From NCBI GenBank assembly GCA_013239625.1, contig MU056905.1:38106783-38170782 (forward strand): DNA of 64,000 nt. Direction: 5' to 3'. The notes under the pieces were generated by a model that did no database searches, was not told where the DNA came from, and was given only the letters and a program-made list of their open reading frames with translations. The position numbers and the translations under genes were made by a program. Shown piece after piece: positions 11,211-21,510 of this stretch (position 1 is the stretch's first letter; every line of letters starts with the position of its first letter). Source of the DNA: Lama guanicoe. Lineage: Eukaryota.

Positions 11211-13584
11211 TGGCAGTGTTGCGAGAGAATGCATTCGTCGTGTTTTAATGCAAGAAATGATGCGTGTTCGGTGGGCTTGAACCTGCTTGATTCTGAGTGT
11301 GTGTTTCAGCATGAGCAACTTGGAGCTGAACATGGTGAAATTACAGGCCAGTTTCTGGTCTTCAAGGAATTTTAAAAAGGTCAATCAACTCTCTCTCTCT
11401 TTGGTATGGTTTGGCCTTTTTAAATTGGAAGGACTTTCATTTGAACCTTCTGTTCAAACTGGTATTTAATCTCACCTAATGACTAGGGCATTTTCTATGA
11501 TCTACCTTTTGAAGAAAGTCTGGACCATCCACAGAAGAGGGTGGTGTTACTGTCCCCTTGGCCTTCGTGTCTGACCCAGTCCTAAAGAGCTTGCTGTGAC
11601 TGCTGAAAGGCCAAAGGACTGGCCTCTTCTTTGATTAGGAAAGAACAAGACAGGAGTTCTGGTTTTGTCAGGACGCAGCCAGCCTCGTGTTTGAAGCTTC
11701 CCGTCAGCCCTTTTGGAATTCTCTCTGCGGTTTTTAGAAACATGGCATGATCACCTAAAGTCTGAACGTACGCTAATGCTTAGCTTTCCTCCGTTTGGTT
11801 TTGACAGTTTTGAAGGTAAGTGTTCACTTCAGAGCATCACTACTCTCTGTGGCCTGGGAGTTAAAATGGGTCACAGAAGTGAGCAGGAGAAATGATTAGA
11901 TGCTGCGTGAGATATAGTAGTGGCCGAGTGGCCGTCTACTATAGCGGGGAAAAATGTGGAATATTGCACAGTGCTTGACAAAATGCTGTGTGTTTCACCC
12001 CGTTCTTTGCACCTTTCTTGTCCTATGCATAGCTNNNNNNNNNNNNNNNNNNNNNNNNNNNNNNNNNNNNNNNNNNNNNNNNNNNNNNNNNNNNNNNNNN
12101 NNNNNNNNNNNNNNNNNNNNNNNNNNNNNNNNNNNNNNNNNNNNNNNNNNNNNNNNNNNNNNNNNNNNNNNNNNNNNNNNNNAAGCACACACACGGCAGT
12201 CACAGTGTTACACAGAGCAGTCCTTTGAGACTCTTAAGGAATGACTAGTAGCTTCAATTATAGTGCCATTTACTACATAATAACATTGAAAACACGTAAA
12301 AACGCCTCCTAAATCAAGCATCTAGTGTACAGAAGAGGTTGCTTCAGTTTTCTAGAATTGTTCTTGGTTTGTTTCACCTTTTTTTAAAGGACAAATTAAA
12401 ACTTATTTACGTAAAAAGAGCATATAAAAAGATACCACTAGCTGTCTGTCTTGGCTTCATCGAAGTGCATCCAGAGCTATGGCTAATTGTTTATTTTTTT
12501 CCTCTTTCGATGGAATCACAATACTGTCTGTTTACCACAAAGTACTTTTGTGTAGTAAGCACAGATAGCTGTGTTAAAAATATTCTGCATTCCTTCTAAT
12601 CTGGCTTCGTGTAATAAAATATTTTGTTACAAAGTCTAATGTGCAAACCTTTTGGAATTATTAGAGGTGTGAAATCTGGAAGAGTATTCACCGGATGCCC
12701 GTTCGTAGAAAGGTGATAACGGAGAGCTACTTTTTTTCTTTTTAAATGGTCAGGCAATATTTCCAAAATGCCGACTTCTTCCCTCAGCTTCTTCCCACCC
12801 ACCCCATCCCCACACGAATGCACACGTACACACACGCACACACAGAACACCATCATGTTGTTACTCTATGTGCAGTAATATGAAATCATTGACTCCTGTT
12901 CCCGTTGCTTCCTCGAATGTGAGAGGAAGCCCTGACTTGGGCTTTGCAGATCTGTACAGACAGGTGCTGCTCTGGTTGGTGGCTATGCTTCCTGGAGGTC
13001 AGGCTGAATGCTGCTCAGATCATGCTAATTTGCCTGTGAAGAAATTCTACAAAGTTGGATTCACCCACTGAGTATGTGGTGGAAGTGTATCTTGGTTGTC
13101 ATATGACTCAGTAGAAAGCTCAGGTTTAAGTTGTCCTTTAAGATGTCAGCTTCACTGTANNNNNNNNNNNNNNNNNNNNNNNNNNNNNNNNNNNNNNNNN
13201 NNNNNNNNNNNNNNNNNNNNNNNNNNNNNNNNNNNNNNNNNNNNNNNNNNNNNNNNNNNNNNNNNNNNNNNNNNNNNNNNNNNNNNNNNNNNNNNNNNNN
13301 NNNNNNNNNNNNNNNNNNNNNNNNNNNNNNNNNNNNNNNNNNNNNNNNNNNNNNNNNNNNNNNTATATACAACGGTGTTGATACAATAAATAATTTCAGT
13401 CATGCTCTATCTACACATCATATTGCTTAAAAGAAGAGTAGGTCTGGAGGGCAGTGGTATGATGAAGGGCTTAGGGGCTCTCTACGTTTAAATTTGTGCA
13501 AATTAAAATGGGATTTGAAGTACCACTGAATTGTGTTAGGAATGCATGGCTGGAAAAAATGGAAGGACCTGTATTACTGAGGTA
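11211..13584 (-). promoter_or_regulatory. miRNA seed-site array in the SYT1 3' UTR: miR-34/449 (11211-11218 8mer; 13450-13456), miR-9 (11398-11405), miR-25/92 (11962-11969), miR-128 (11967-11973; 12200-12207), miR-153 (12026-12032), miR-200b/429 (12520-12526), miR-19 (12640-12647; 13495-13502), miR-137 (13421-13427), let-7 (13578-13584)
   Basis: Plus-strand text equals the miRNA 5' ends: TGGCAGTG, TCTTTGGT, TATTGCAC, TCACAGTG, TGCATAG, AATACTG, TGTGCAAA, TATTGCT, TGAGGTA. Whether each site functions cannot be shown from sequence. Confidence 0.7.
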
Positions 13585-13590
13585 TTTACA
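13364..13590 (-). promoter_or_regulatory. Pumilio response elements UGUAUAUA (13371-13364) and UGUAAAUA (13590-13583)
   Basis: Exact matches to UGUAHAUA in the proximal UTR. Confidence 0.5.
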
Positions 13591-13641
13591 GATACTGGCT
13601 AAAGAGCGCTATGTGGGCAAATACAGAAAGGCTTCTTTCCT

Positions 13642-13872
<231 letters not shown>

Positions 13873-14218
13873 TTAGTCATCCGGCTCTGAGACAAAGCCC
13901 TGCTACCAAGCTTCCTGGAGATCCAAGCAATGGGAAATAAGAACCAGTCTCCAAACACCAGGGCAAGGCTGAAAATGACCTGAACAGGAGAAGTGAGTCC
14001 AATCCCTGTTGCCACTATTACATCATCACCACCATCAGCTTCAGCTTCAGCATCTTCAAAACACTCAATAAATGTTAATTCTGGCACACTTCTAAGTCTT
14101 TCGTGTGCACTACTCAGTTACAGTAGATCTTGTTAACACCGCCATTATACAGATAAGATGCCAAAGCTCAGAGGTTAAATCATCTGCCTGAAGTCACAGA
14201 CGACATGAATGGTTTCAG

Positions 14219-14461
14219 ATGCTAACTACTAACTCCTATGTATAAAACACTGCAGATACTAACTACTATATATAAAATAGGTAAACAACAAGTTTATACT
14301 GTAGAGCACAGGAACTATACTCAGTATCTTACAGTGACCTATAATGAATAAGCATATGAAAAGGAATATGTATTTGTATATGTGTGACAGAAACAGGCTG
14401 GACACCAGAAATTGACACAACATTGTGAACTGACTATACTTCAATTTAAAAAGAAAAGGAA
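14219..14461 (+). mobile_element. 5'-truncated camelid L1 3' end inserted in a MIR (~14060-14200)
   Basis: ccagaaattgacacaacattgtgaactgactatacttcaat plus A-rich tail; perfect 14-bp TSD ATGAATGGTTTCAG at 14205-14218 and 14462-14475. Confidence 0.9.
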
Positions 14462-14476
14462 ATGAATGGTTTCAGT

Positions 14477-14600
14477 GGGGGAGGGTATAGATCAGTGGTA
14501 GAGCGCATGCTTAGCATGCACGAGGTCCTGGGTTCAATCTCCAGTACCTCCACTGAAAAAAAAACAAAAACCAAAACCTAATTACCTCCACCCTCTCAAA
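14477..14600 (+). mobile_element. Camelid tRNA-derived SINE (vic-1-like)
   Basis: GGGGGAGGGTATAG(A)TCAGTGGTAGAGCGCATGCTTAGCATGCACGAGGTCCTGGGTTCAATC with A/B boxes, A-rich linker and cctaattacctcc tail. Confidence 0.9.
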
Positions 14601-14959
14601 GAGGTTTTCAAAGCAACCATATATTGCAGTTCTGTTTCAGGTTGCATAAAACCAATACAGAATTTTAGCTAATCACATGATTATTGTGGGTACAGAATGT
14701 GACAATAGAGTGAAGGTCTGAAAAACAGTAACTTAAAAGATAATTTTTCTCATTCATAAAATTCTCTCAATAAATCTTAAGTTACTGTTGTGTATCCAGC
14801 ATTGACATCAAACAGAAATAACCTTTTAGGCCACACAAGATTGCCTACAGTGATTCCATTAGGTTGTGAGAGTTTATTTCATGACTTACTTGTTGAACTG
14901 GTGAAAGCAAACCCATACCATTTTGACATGAAAGAATCCCTTTTTAAAAGTACATTTTA

Positions 14960-15072
14960 GTGGGGAGGGTCTGGCTCAGTTGTAGAGCACATGCTTAGCA
15001 TAGGTTCAGTTCCCCAGTACCTCTATTAAGATAAAGAAATAAAACTTAATTACCTCCCCACTCTCAAAGAAA
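14960..15072 (+). mobile_element. vic-1-like SINE with an internal deletion
   Basis: Same head and tail as the 14477 copy; TSD AAAAGTACATTTTA at 14946-14959 and 15073-15086. Confidence 0.88.
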
Positions 15073-16639
15073 AAAAGTACATTTTATTACTTCCTAAGTA
15101 ATGAATTTGCTTAGTCAAAATATGCGAATGGCTCCAATCTAGAAACTGAAGGAAAAGATAAAGGAATTGTTTGGTGGCCAGAGTCAAAAGAAGCAGAAAA
15201 TGTAATGATGGAAGCCGGGACTGGATGAAGTTCTGCCCAGTAATGGCCCTTTAGTGGGCTTTGTACTCAAAGGACTGCATTATTGTACCGATGTGTTGAG
15301 GGATGGTGCCCAGACACAGGTTCAGATCAAAGAAAATGATCACGTCAGAAAGTGGAACTTAGAATGTAAAATGCAACACGTGGGCAGTAGGGAAACACAT
15401 TTCCATTTTCCCTTGTGCAGCCCTGGCTTGATTTCATATCAAGGAAATTAACCTAGTCACTGGATGGCATTTGGAACCAAGAACAGAATCCCTTTGGTTC
15501 TGAGTACTTTTCCCAAGAGAATTCCTCTGGATGTAGTCATACTGCAGGGGGTGGAGGGCAGGGACACTAGGGACATCATGCATAAAGATAAGGACGGTTT
15601 TCAGAGGCTGGAGGGAATAGCTGGAGTGAGTTTTGATGATTTTTGCCTAGGAATGTATTGACCAGTAGCACTCAAGACAAAATATCTCTATAAAGCTGTT
15701 GGGTTAATTTTTTCAGCTGCCTGTGTGGTTTATACATTTTAGGGGGAGAGGGTGGGGAGTGCAACATTTTCAAATGGTTTTGGGAATCAGTGGATTTTGC
15801 TTCTCTCATTAACATATTTCATAGGGATAGAGAGACAGGTAGAAAGACAGATCATCTTATAACCTCAGGACAAATGAAACCTAAACCCCTGCTACGGCAC
15901 GTTAAATGCTCAATTATTTTCTCTAGGGAAATGCAATGACTAGGAAAGCAGCCTCCCAGAAAGGGGAACGGTGACGGAAAAAAGAAGAGAACAAATTGGC
16001 TCAAGGAGCAGAGAGGAGGGAAGCAGTCAAAGGCATGCTCATTATTTCTATGCCTCATGGACTCGGTATCGGGCTGAGGGTCTCTCTGTCCCGACAAATG
16101 TTATCTGCTCAGAGAGGCTGCCCCAGAAACCCAGCGTTATGTCTTGTTTTTAATGGGCTTTTTTTGCAATATATTTGCATTTGCTTAAATTTATAGTTGA
16201 AAAGGGACATGCTTTTTTTTTTAAGGTACAGAACTGTAGCTCAAAGGAGAAAGTTTACAACAGAACGTTTCATCTCAATGTCCTGCCTTACATTGTTTTG
16301 CAGAATTAAAAAACAAAATGCCAGGAGGCATTCGTTTCCATAAGAATGTGGTCTTAGACCTCAAAAAAAAAATTCATTGAACAAATATTGCAAAATAAAT
16401 TGTTGGAAAAAATTAGATGTCTTAGGTTGCCAGTGGGTCCAAAGCAGTGAGCTCGCTGGTTCAGGCTGGGGAACAAGTGACTGGGGACAGGGAATCAGCA
16501 TCTTCTGCAATGCTGTTAACTTACGTCACGGCCACTGAGCGTCAGTAAGGATGCACCATCTGCTGTCATGTGAAAAAGTATGTAAGAAAGGTTACCCCAG
16601 AACCATGAACTAACGTGAGGATGGTGGGCTTATTGGTGC

Positions 16640-16820
16640 CCTGTATTATACAGTGGATACTAGCCACATGCTGCTGTTTAAATTTAAATAAATAAAGTCC
16701 CTTGATTACACTAGTGGCTGAGATGCTCATTACCCACCTATGGCTGGTGGCTACCATGTTGGACAAGAGTGATGATAAAACATTTCCATCTTCACAGGGA
16801 GTTTAACTGTCTAGTGCTGA
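16640..16820. mobile_element. MER3-like hAT-Charlie element
   Basis: tagccacatg, tggctggtggctaccatgttggaca, aacatttccatc motifs. Confidence 0.65.
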
Positions 16821-16903
16821 TTTCTGTATTGCCTTAGTCTTATTGTTAGATCCATTTTCTAGTAAAGCGTTAATTTGAAAAAGAGACAGCATTCATGTTG
16901 TGA

Positions 16904-17180
16904 GTAATAATGGTGGGGACCATTTACTGAATGTTCCCATGTGCTCAGCACGGCTCCAGATGCGTTTGTATGCATAATCTCACTTTGACGTGGATTCTGT
17001 TATTATTCCTATTTTATATATGAGGCAGTTCTAAGCCTTAGTTTCCTTTTCTGTACATAAGATTTGGATAATAACGGTACCTCTTTTAAAAGGTTCTTGT
17101 GAGGATTAAATGAGTTTATGCAGGTAAAGTGCTTAACTTGAGCCTAGGCACAGAATAAATATACAATAAATACAGCTATT
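16904..17180. mobile_element. Two adjacent MIR 3' halves in opposite orientation
   Basis: 16904-17029 reads catttactga...attattcctattttata.atgagg (minus); 17030-17180 reads ccttagtttcc...gtgaggattaaatgag...caataaata (plus). Confidence 0.7.
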
Positions 17181-18191
17181 CTGTTAGATGTCTCATGGAA
17201 TAAAGGTGTGGGTCACTCATAAGGTGCAGTGATTCGAGAATAGATTAAATGCACAAATATGCAAGTGAAGGCTGCTTGCTGACATTTGTCATTCTGGTCC
17301 TTTAGAAGGTTCCGTGCTGCCCTTCATTTCTCCTTCAAGGTACAGACAAAATTCTACATGACTGAAAAGCTAGGCTCACATCAATCATTTAAGAAAGTAT
17401 AAAAACAGAGTTGCTTTAAGCAATTTGACTCTTTGATACCCATTAAAGTTAGCAAAAAATAGCCTATAATGATTAGATGTGAGCTGTGAATTCCAATAGC
17501 CTAACTAGGCATATGAGGTGAGAAAACCTAAATATATATAAAAATTTCCAAGTAATAGGATCGTACGCTACTGTTGTGACTACTTCGAACATGGTAACCA
17601 CAAGGTCTTTTAAAAGAATACTTCCTGTCATAACAATGATCACCTCACAAATTCAGGTTCTGTCTTTACAAAAATACCCACCCATTCCAACTAGGAAACA
17701 GGAAGCTCAATTTAAACAATTTAAAACACAACGTGGCCTAACTTATCCACTGTCAATCATTTTTGAATAATGAAAGACTACAGAGGCTGCATATTTAACA
17801 TCATCCAAAATGCTACTTTATCACCACTTTTTTGCTGTAAAGATCCGTGAATGAGAATTACACATTGTGGCCGGGGAGTAAAGGGTGAAAACTCATTTTC
17901 CTCTTGGCCTTTTAACCTCCGTGGATGTACTTTTTGAATCAGTAAAGTTGTCCTGTGGATTTTCTTTTTCCTGCTTCACTTCTGCTGGTTTGGCTGATGA
18001 ATCAGCACGTCCTGTGCTGCATATTTTGTCAAGTTGCTCTTGATGTAACTTGAGCATCAAATGTGCGGGGGAATAAGAATGGTAGTTCTAATGGAGGCAT
18101 GTGCACGGATCATTTGTAAGGTCTGTGTGTTTAATCTATATGATCTGAAGAGATGAAATTGAACGGGAAGACAAAATACGTTTGACATTAC

Positions 18192-18325
18192 CTGGATTNN
18201 NNNNNNNNNNNNNNNNNNNNNNNNNNNNNNNNNNNNNNNNNNNNNNNNNNNNNNNNNNNNNNNNNNNNNNNNNNNNNNNNNNNNNNNNNNNNNNNNNNNN
18301 NNNNNNNNNNNNNNNNNNNNNNNNN
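18192..18325 (-). CDS. SYT1: SYT1 penultimate coding exon (expected [45 protein letters not shown]), mostly inside an N-gap
   Basis: Only 7 nt are visible: minus strand A ATC CAG|GTAATG (..I Q, then GT donor at 18191-18190), in phase with the last exon. The 18325 boundary is inferred from the 134-nt orthologous exon length. A CTGAC branch point (18359-18355) and a T-rich tract lie just beyond the gap at the expected ~30 nt distance. Confidence 0.75.
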
Positions 18326-18552
18326 NNNNNNNNNNNNNACAAAAACTTTATGCGGTCAGAGATACATATTTTAGATTATAATGTAGCTTATACAAAGACC
18401 CAGTATTCCCAATAGGAAAATAACTGCGTAGCATATATTTAGTATTTTTTAAAGTTTCAAGCATTTTTGGTTGAAAAATTTTAAGTAACCTATGGGCTAT
18501 GTCTTCTTGCCATGATATGTCAATATTTACGGTCAGATTTAGGAGACGTGAG

Positions 18553-18745
18553 CTGTGGTGTGCTGCTAAACCAGCTCTTTGGAAAGAAAATGTCTTGACA
18601 TGTAGCATTTGCTAACGTCCATGGTGTAAATATTCTCTGCATGGCCGATTTCAAGCCAGCAGTTTAACAACTGGCTACTAAATTCCTGAAAATTTAACAG
18701 TTGGCTCTTGTGAGCTGGCAAAGAACTGGCTGCAGTATACCACCG
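18553..18745 (-). mobile_element. MER63A-like hAT-Blackjack element
   Basis: TIRs ctgtggtgtgctg / cagtataccaccg; internal tgtagcatttgc, ggccgatttcaag, ttcctgaaaatttaaca. Confidence 0.75.
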
Positions 18746-19120
18746 CGTGGGAATAAAACTCTAGACACACAGAGAGGACAAAGGGGCCATTTCATCCATT
18801 CATTTATTCATATGCTCAACCAATGTTAGGCCCTAGGGACAGAGCCAGGAACAAAACAGACCGTCCCTGTTCTCAGGATGGAAATTCTGACTTGTGGGGG
18901 ACACAGACAGCACGCTTAGAAAGAAAAGAAATGCATATGAAATTGTATATTAAGAGTGTTCCGGAATAAAAGAGCAGATAGGGATATGATAGGTGCTCCC
19001 AGGGGTGATATGCTGGGTCTAAAGGAGGAATGGAAAACCTGTACTTAGATCACTCGAGTAAGGCTTCTCCCTGGGGTACCGTGTAATGTGAAATGTGAAT
19101 ATTGAAGGACGAGAAGAGGC

Positions 19121-19162
<42 letters not shown>
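19121..19162 (+). repeat. Compound microsatellite (TG)10(AG)11
   Basis: Direct reading. Confidence 0.95.
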
Positions 19163-19163
<1 letters not shown>

Positions 19164-21116
19164 AACAGATCCAGGACCTGTGTCAGAACATCGTAGGTAG
19201 AGAAGAGCTTCCAGGGTTCAGGGAAAAGGGAATAAGCCAGTAGCACACACAGACGTAATGAGAAAAGAAGCAGAAAGATTCCCTTAGCAGTTTCCCCAAA
19301 GCCTCATTAGGTAAAGTAGTAAGTCAGTCGCTGGAGGGGTAAGACGATTCTCATTACTAACGGATGAATGACATACCTTCAGGTTGTTAAGAACCAGCGC
19401 TCAGGTTCTTGATAGTAAAATCTACTGTTTTTTTTTTTTAAACATTTTCCCATCTGATATGCCACGCATGCTCATTACAGAAAGAATATCAGAAAGCCAT
19501 GACAAACAAAATGAAGAAAACAATTTAAATCATCTATGATTTTACTCCCTCAAATCACCCCTACTAAGCCTTCCAAAGTTTCTTTCCTCTCTTCCAGAAC
19601 CTGTGGAGCTGGGAGAGACTTCATGGATCATCTAGCCTAAGGCTCACATACTATTTACAGGATACAACTGTAGGCCAGAAAATGTGGTTTTTCTCTCCCT
19701 CTGCCTGTCCCCTCTTAGAGCAACATGACTTCTGAAGGACAGAAATTTTGTCTGCCATACTCACTAGTTGAATTTACTAAACAGTACCTGGTACTGTTCA
19801 ATTTTTGTTGAATGAGTAAGTGGAACTTATTTAGGGCCTCATAATCTGGGTCTCCTTACTTTCAGTCCTGGCGTCTTCCCATCGCCCCAAAGCCCGCATT
19901 ACTTGGGTGAGTGTCATCTGGGGTCTGTTTCTGTTTTTAATGTTACATTAGGTCAAGGGGCTGGCAATGAAGATTTTCACTGAAATGAAGAATATCTTTA
20001 AAAGTCAGACCAGGAGATGAGAAACCAACTGCATCAACTAAATAGTTGGTTAGTAAAAAAACAAACAAGCAAAAAAACACACTGTAAATAATTGCAAATG
20101 AAGGGGAAAATGGCACTTTTTTTTTTTTTCCTCTGATAATCTATCTTGCTGTTCACAGGCAACGTTGACTCTTTTGGTTCAGAGCCCTTGTTTGCTTTTG
20201 AAGTTCCCTGGGTCCTCCTTCCCAGCCCCTTGAACTTTTGTAAAGATGGTCAAGTCTCTAGTTACTCCTTGGTACTGACAAAATACCCATAAATCAACGT
20301 TTATGCCTCCTTTGTTCATATGTTGAAATTTTATCAACCTAATTAAGGCCCACGTTTTTGCAAGAGAAGCACGATGACTATTTTATTCATTTAACACAGT
20401 AAATGACGAGAAAATTCCTTGTGCGCCTGCCATCTGAGTAAGCAAATTAAAAACCCAACCAGATAATTTCAGATTTCACTAGGAGCTCTGAGGGGATGGA
20501 ATCAGTGCCTGGGGGAGAACGAGGTAATTTAGGAAGACTGATCGGCAACGTCCTCACCAAGGAGGCCAGGTATGAACTAAGAACCGAATGGCAGCAAGGA
20601 GCCAGACACTTGAAGATGGGGGGGCCTGATGTTTCAGCATTTAGCTCCAGGAGAAGTGAGCGCTCACCTCCACGTGGTCCTTCAGGTACTGCATCCCATC
20701 CCGTGCCCTCCAGCCGATATACCCTGGTTACACTGGACCTGCCACCCTCTTCTGGTCAGGGAGTAAGAAGAGTGGTAACACATGTATTCCCCGATTTTCT
20801 TGTGGTTCCCTCCTTCTCTACCATGCACCGTGCTGTGCACAGGCTTGGCTGATGTGGTGACTTTGTCTATGGAAGGAATGGAAATGGGGAGGCTGGGTAA
20901 GGCGATCAAGTGGAACGCCAGAAGTTCTCTCTCTTCCAGCTGATTCTTGGTACCGCCTTCGCAGGNNNNNNNNNNNNNNNNNNNNNNNNNNNNNNNNNNN
21001 NNNNNNNNNNNNNNNNNNNNNNNNNNNNNNNNNNNNNNNNNNNNNNNNNNNNNNNNNNNNNNNNNNNNNNNNNNNNNNNNNNNNNNNNNNNNNNNNNNNN
21101 NNNNNNNNNNNNNNNN

Positions 21117-21297
21117 GAGATGACCTTTTACTCTGCCACATGAGAGTATAATGAGGAGACACGTGTAAGCCAGGGAGAGCCTTCACCAAGAACCTGATCG
21201 TGCTGGTACCTTGATCTCTGAACCTCCAGCTTCCAGAACGGTGAAAAGAAATATTTGTTGTTTAAGCCGCCTAGTCTATGGCATTCTGTTATAGTAG
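21117..21297 (+). mobile_element. MLT1A-type LTR 3' part (5' part in the gap)
   Basis: ccttgatctctgaacctccagcttccagaacggtg...ttgttgtttaagcc. Confidence 0.8.
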
Positions 21298-21298
21298 T

Positions 21299-21332
<34 letters not shown>

Positions 21333-21510
21333 AATTAATCACTCTATCAGTGAATCTGTCATTCATTCTGTCTATCATTCAATCATCTATCTTTCATTCT
21401 ATCTAATCTATCACTCTATCAGTTAATCTATCATTCTATCTATCATTCATTCTATCATCTGCCTATCTATCATTCATTCTATCTATCATTCATCTATCCA
21501 TCCATCCATC
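21298..21510 (+). repeat. (TCTA)n tetranucleotide repeat decaying into TCAT/TCCA units
   Basis: Direct reading. Confidence 0.9.

Larger units (their letters stand above)
10778..13641 (-). other. SYT1: SYT1 3' UTR (~2.86 kb; contains two N-gaps)
   Basis: Repeat-free stretch from the stop codon to AATAAA, dense in neuronal miRNA seed matches. Length agrees with the long mammalian SYT1 UTR. Cleavage position is approximate. Confidence 0.85.

Noticed and set aside
14477-14550. tRNA-like sequence with A and B boxes
   Set aside because: It is the head of a vic-1 SINE (three copies, A-rich tails, flanking direct repeats), not a tRNA gene.
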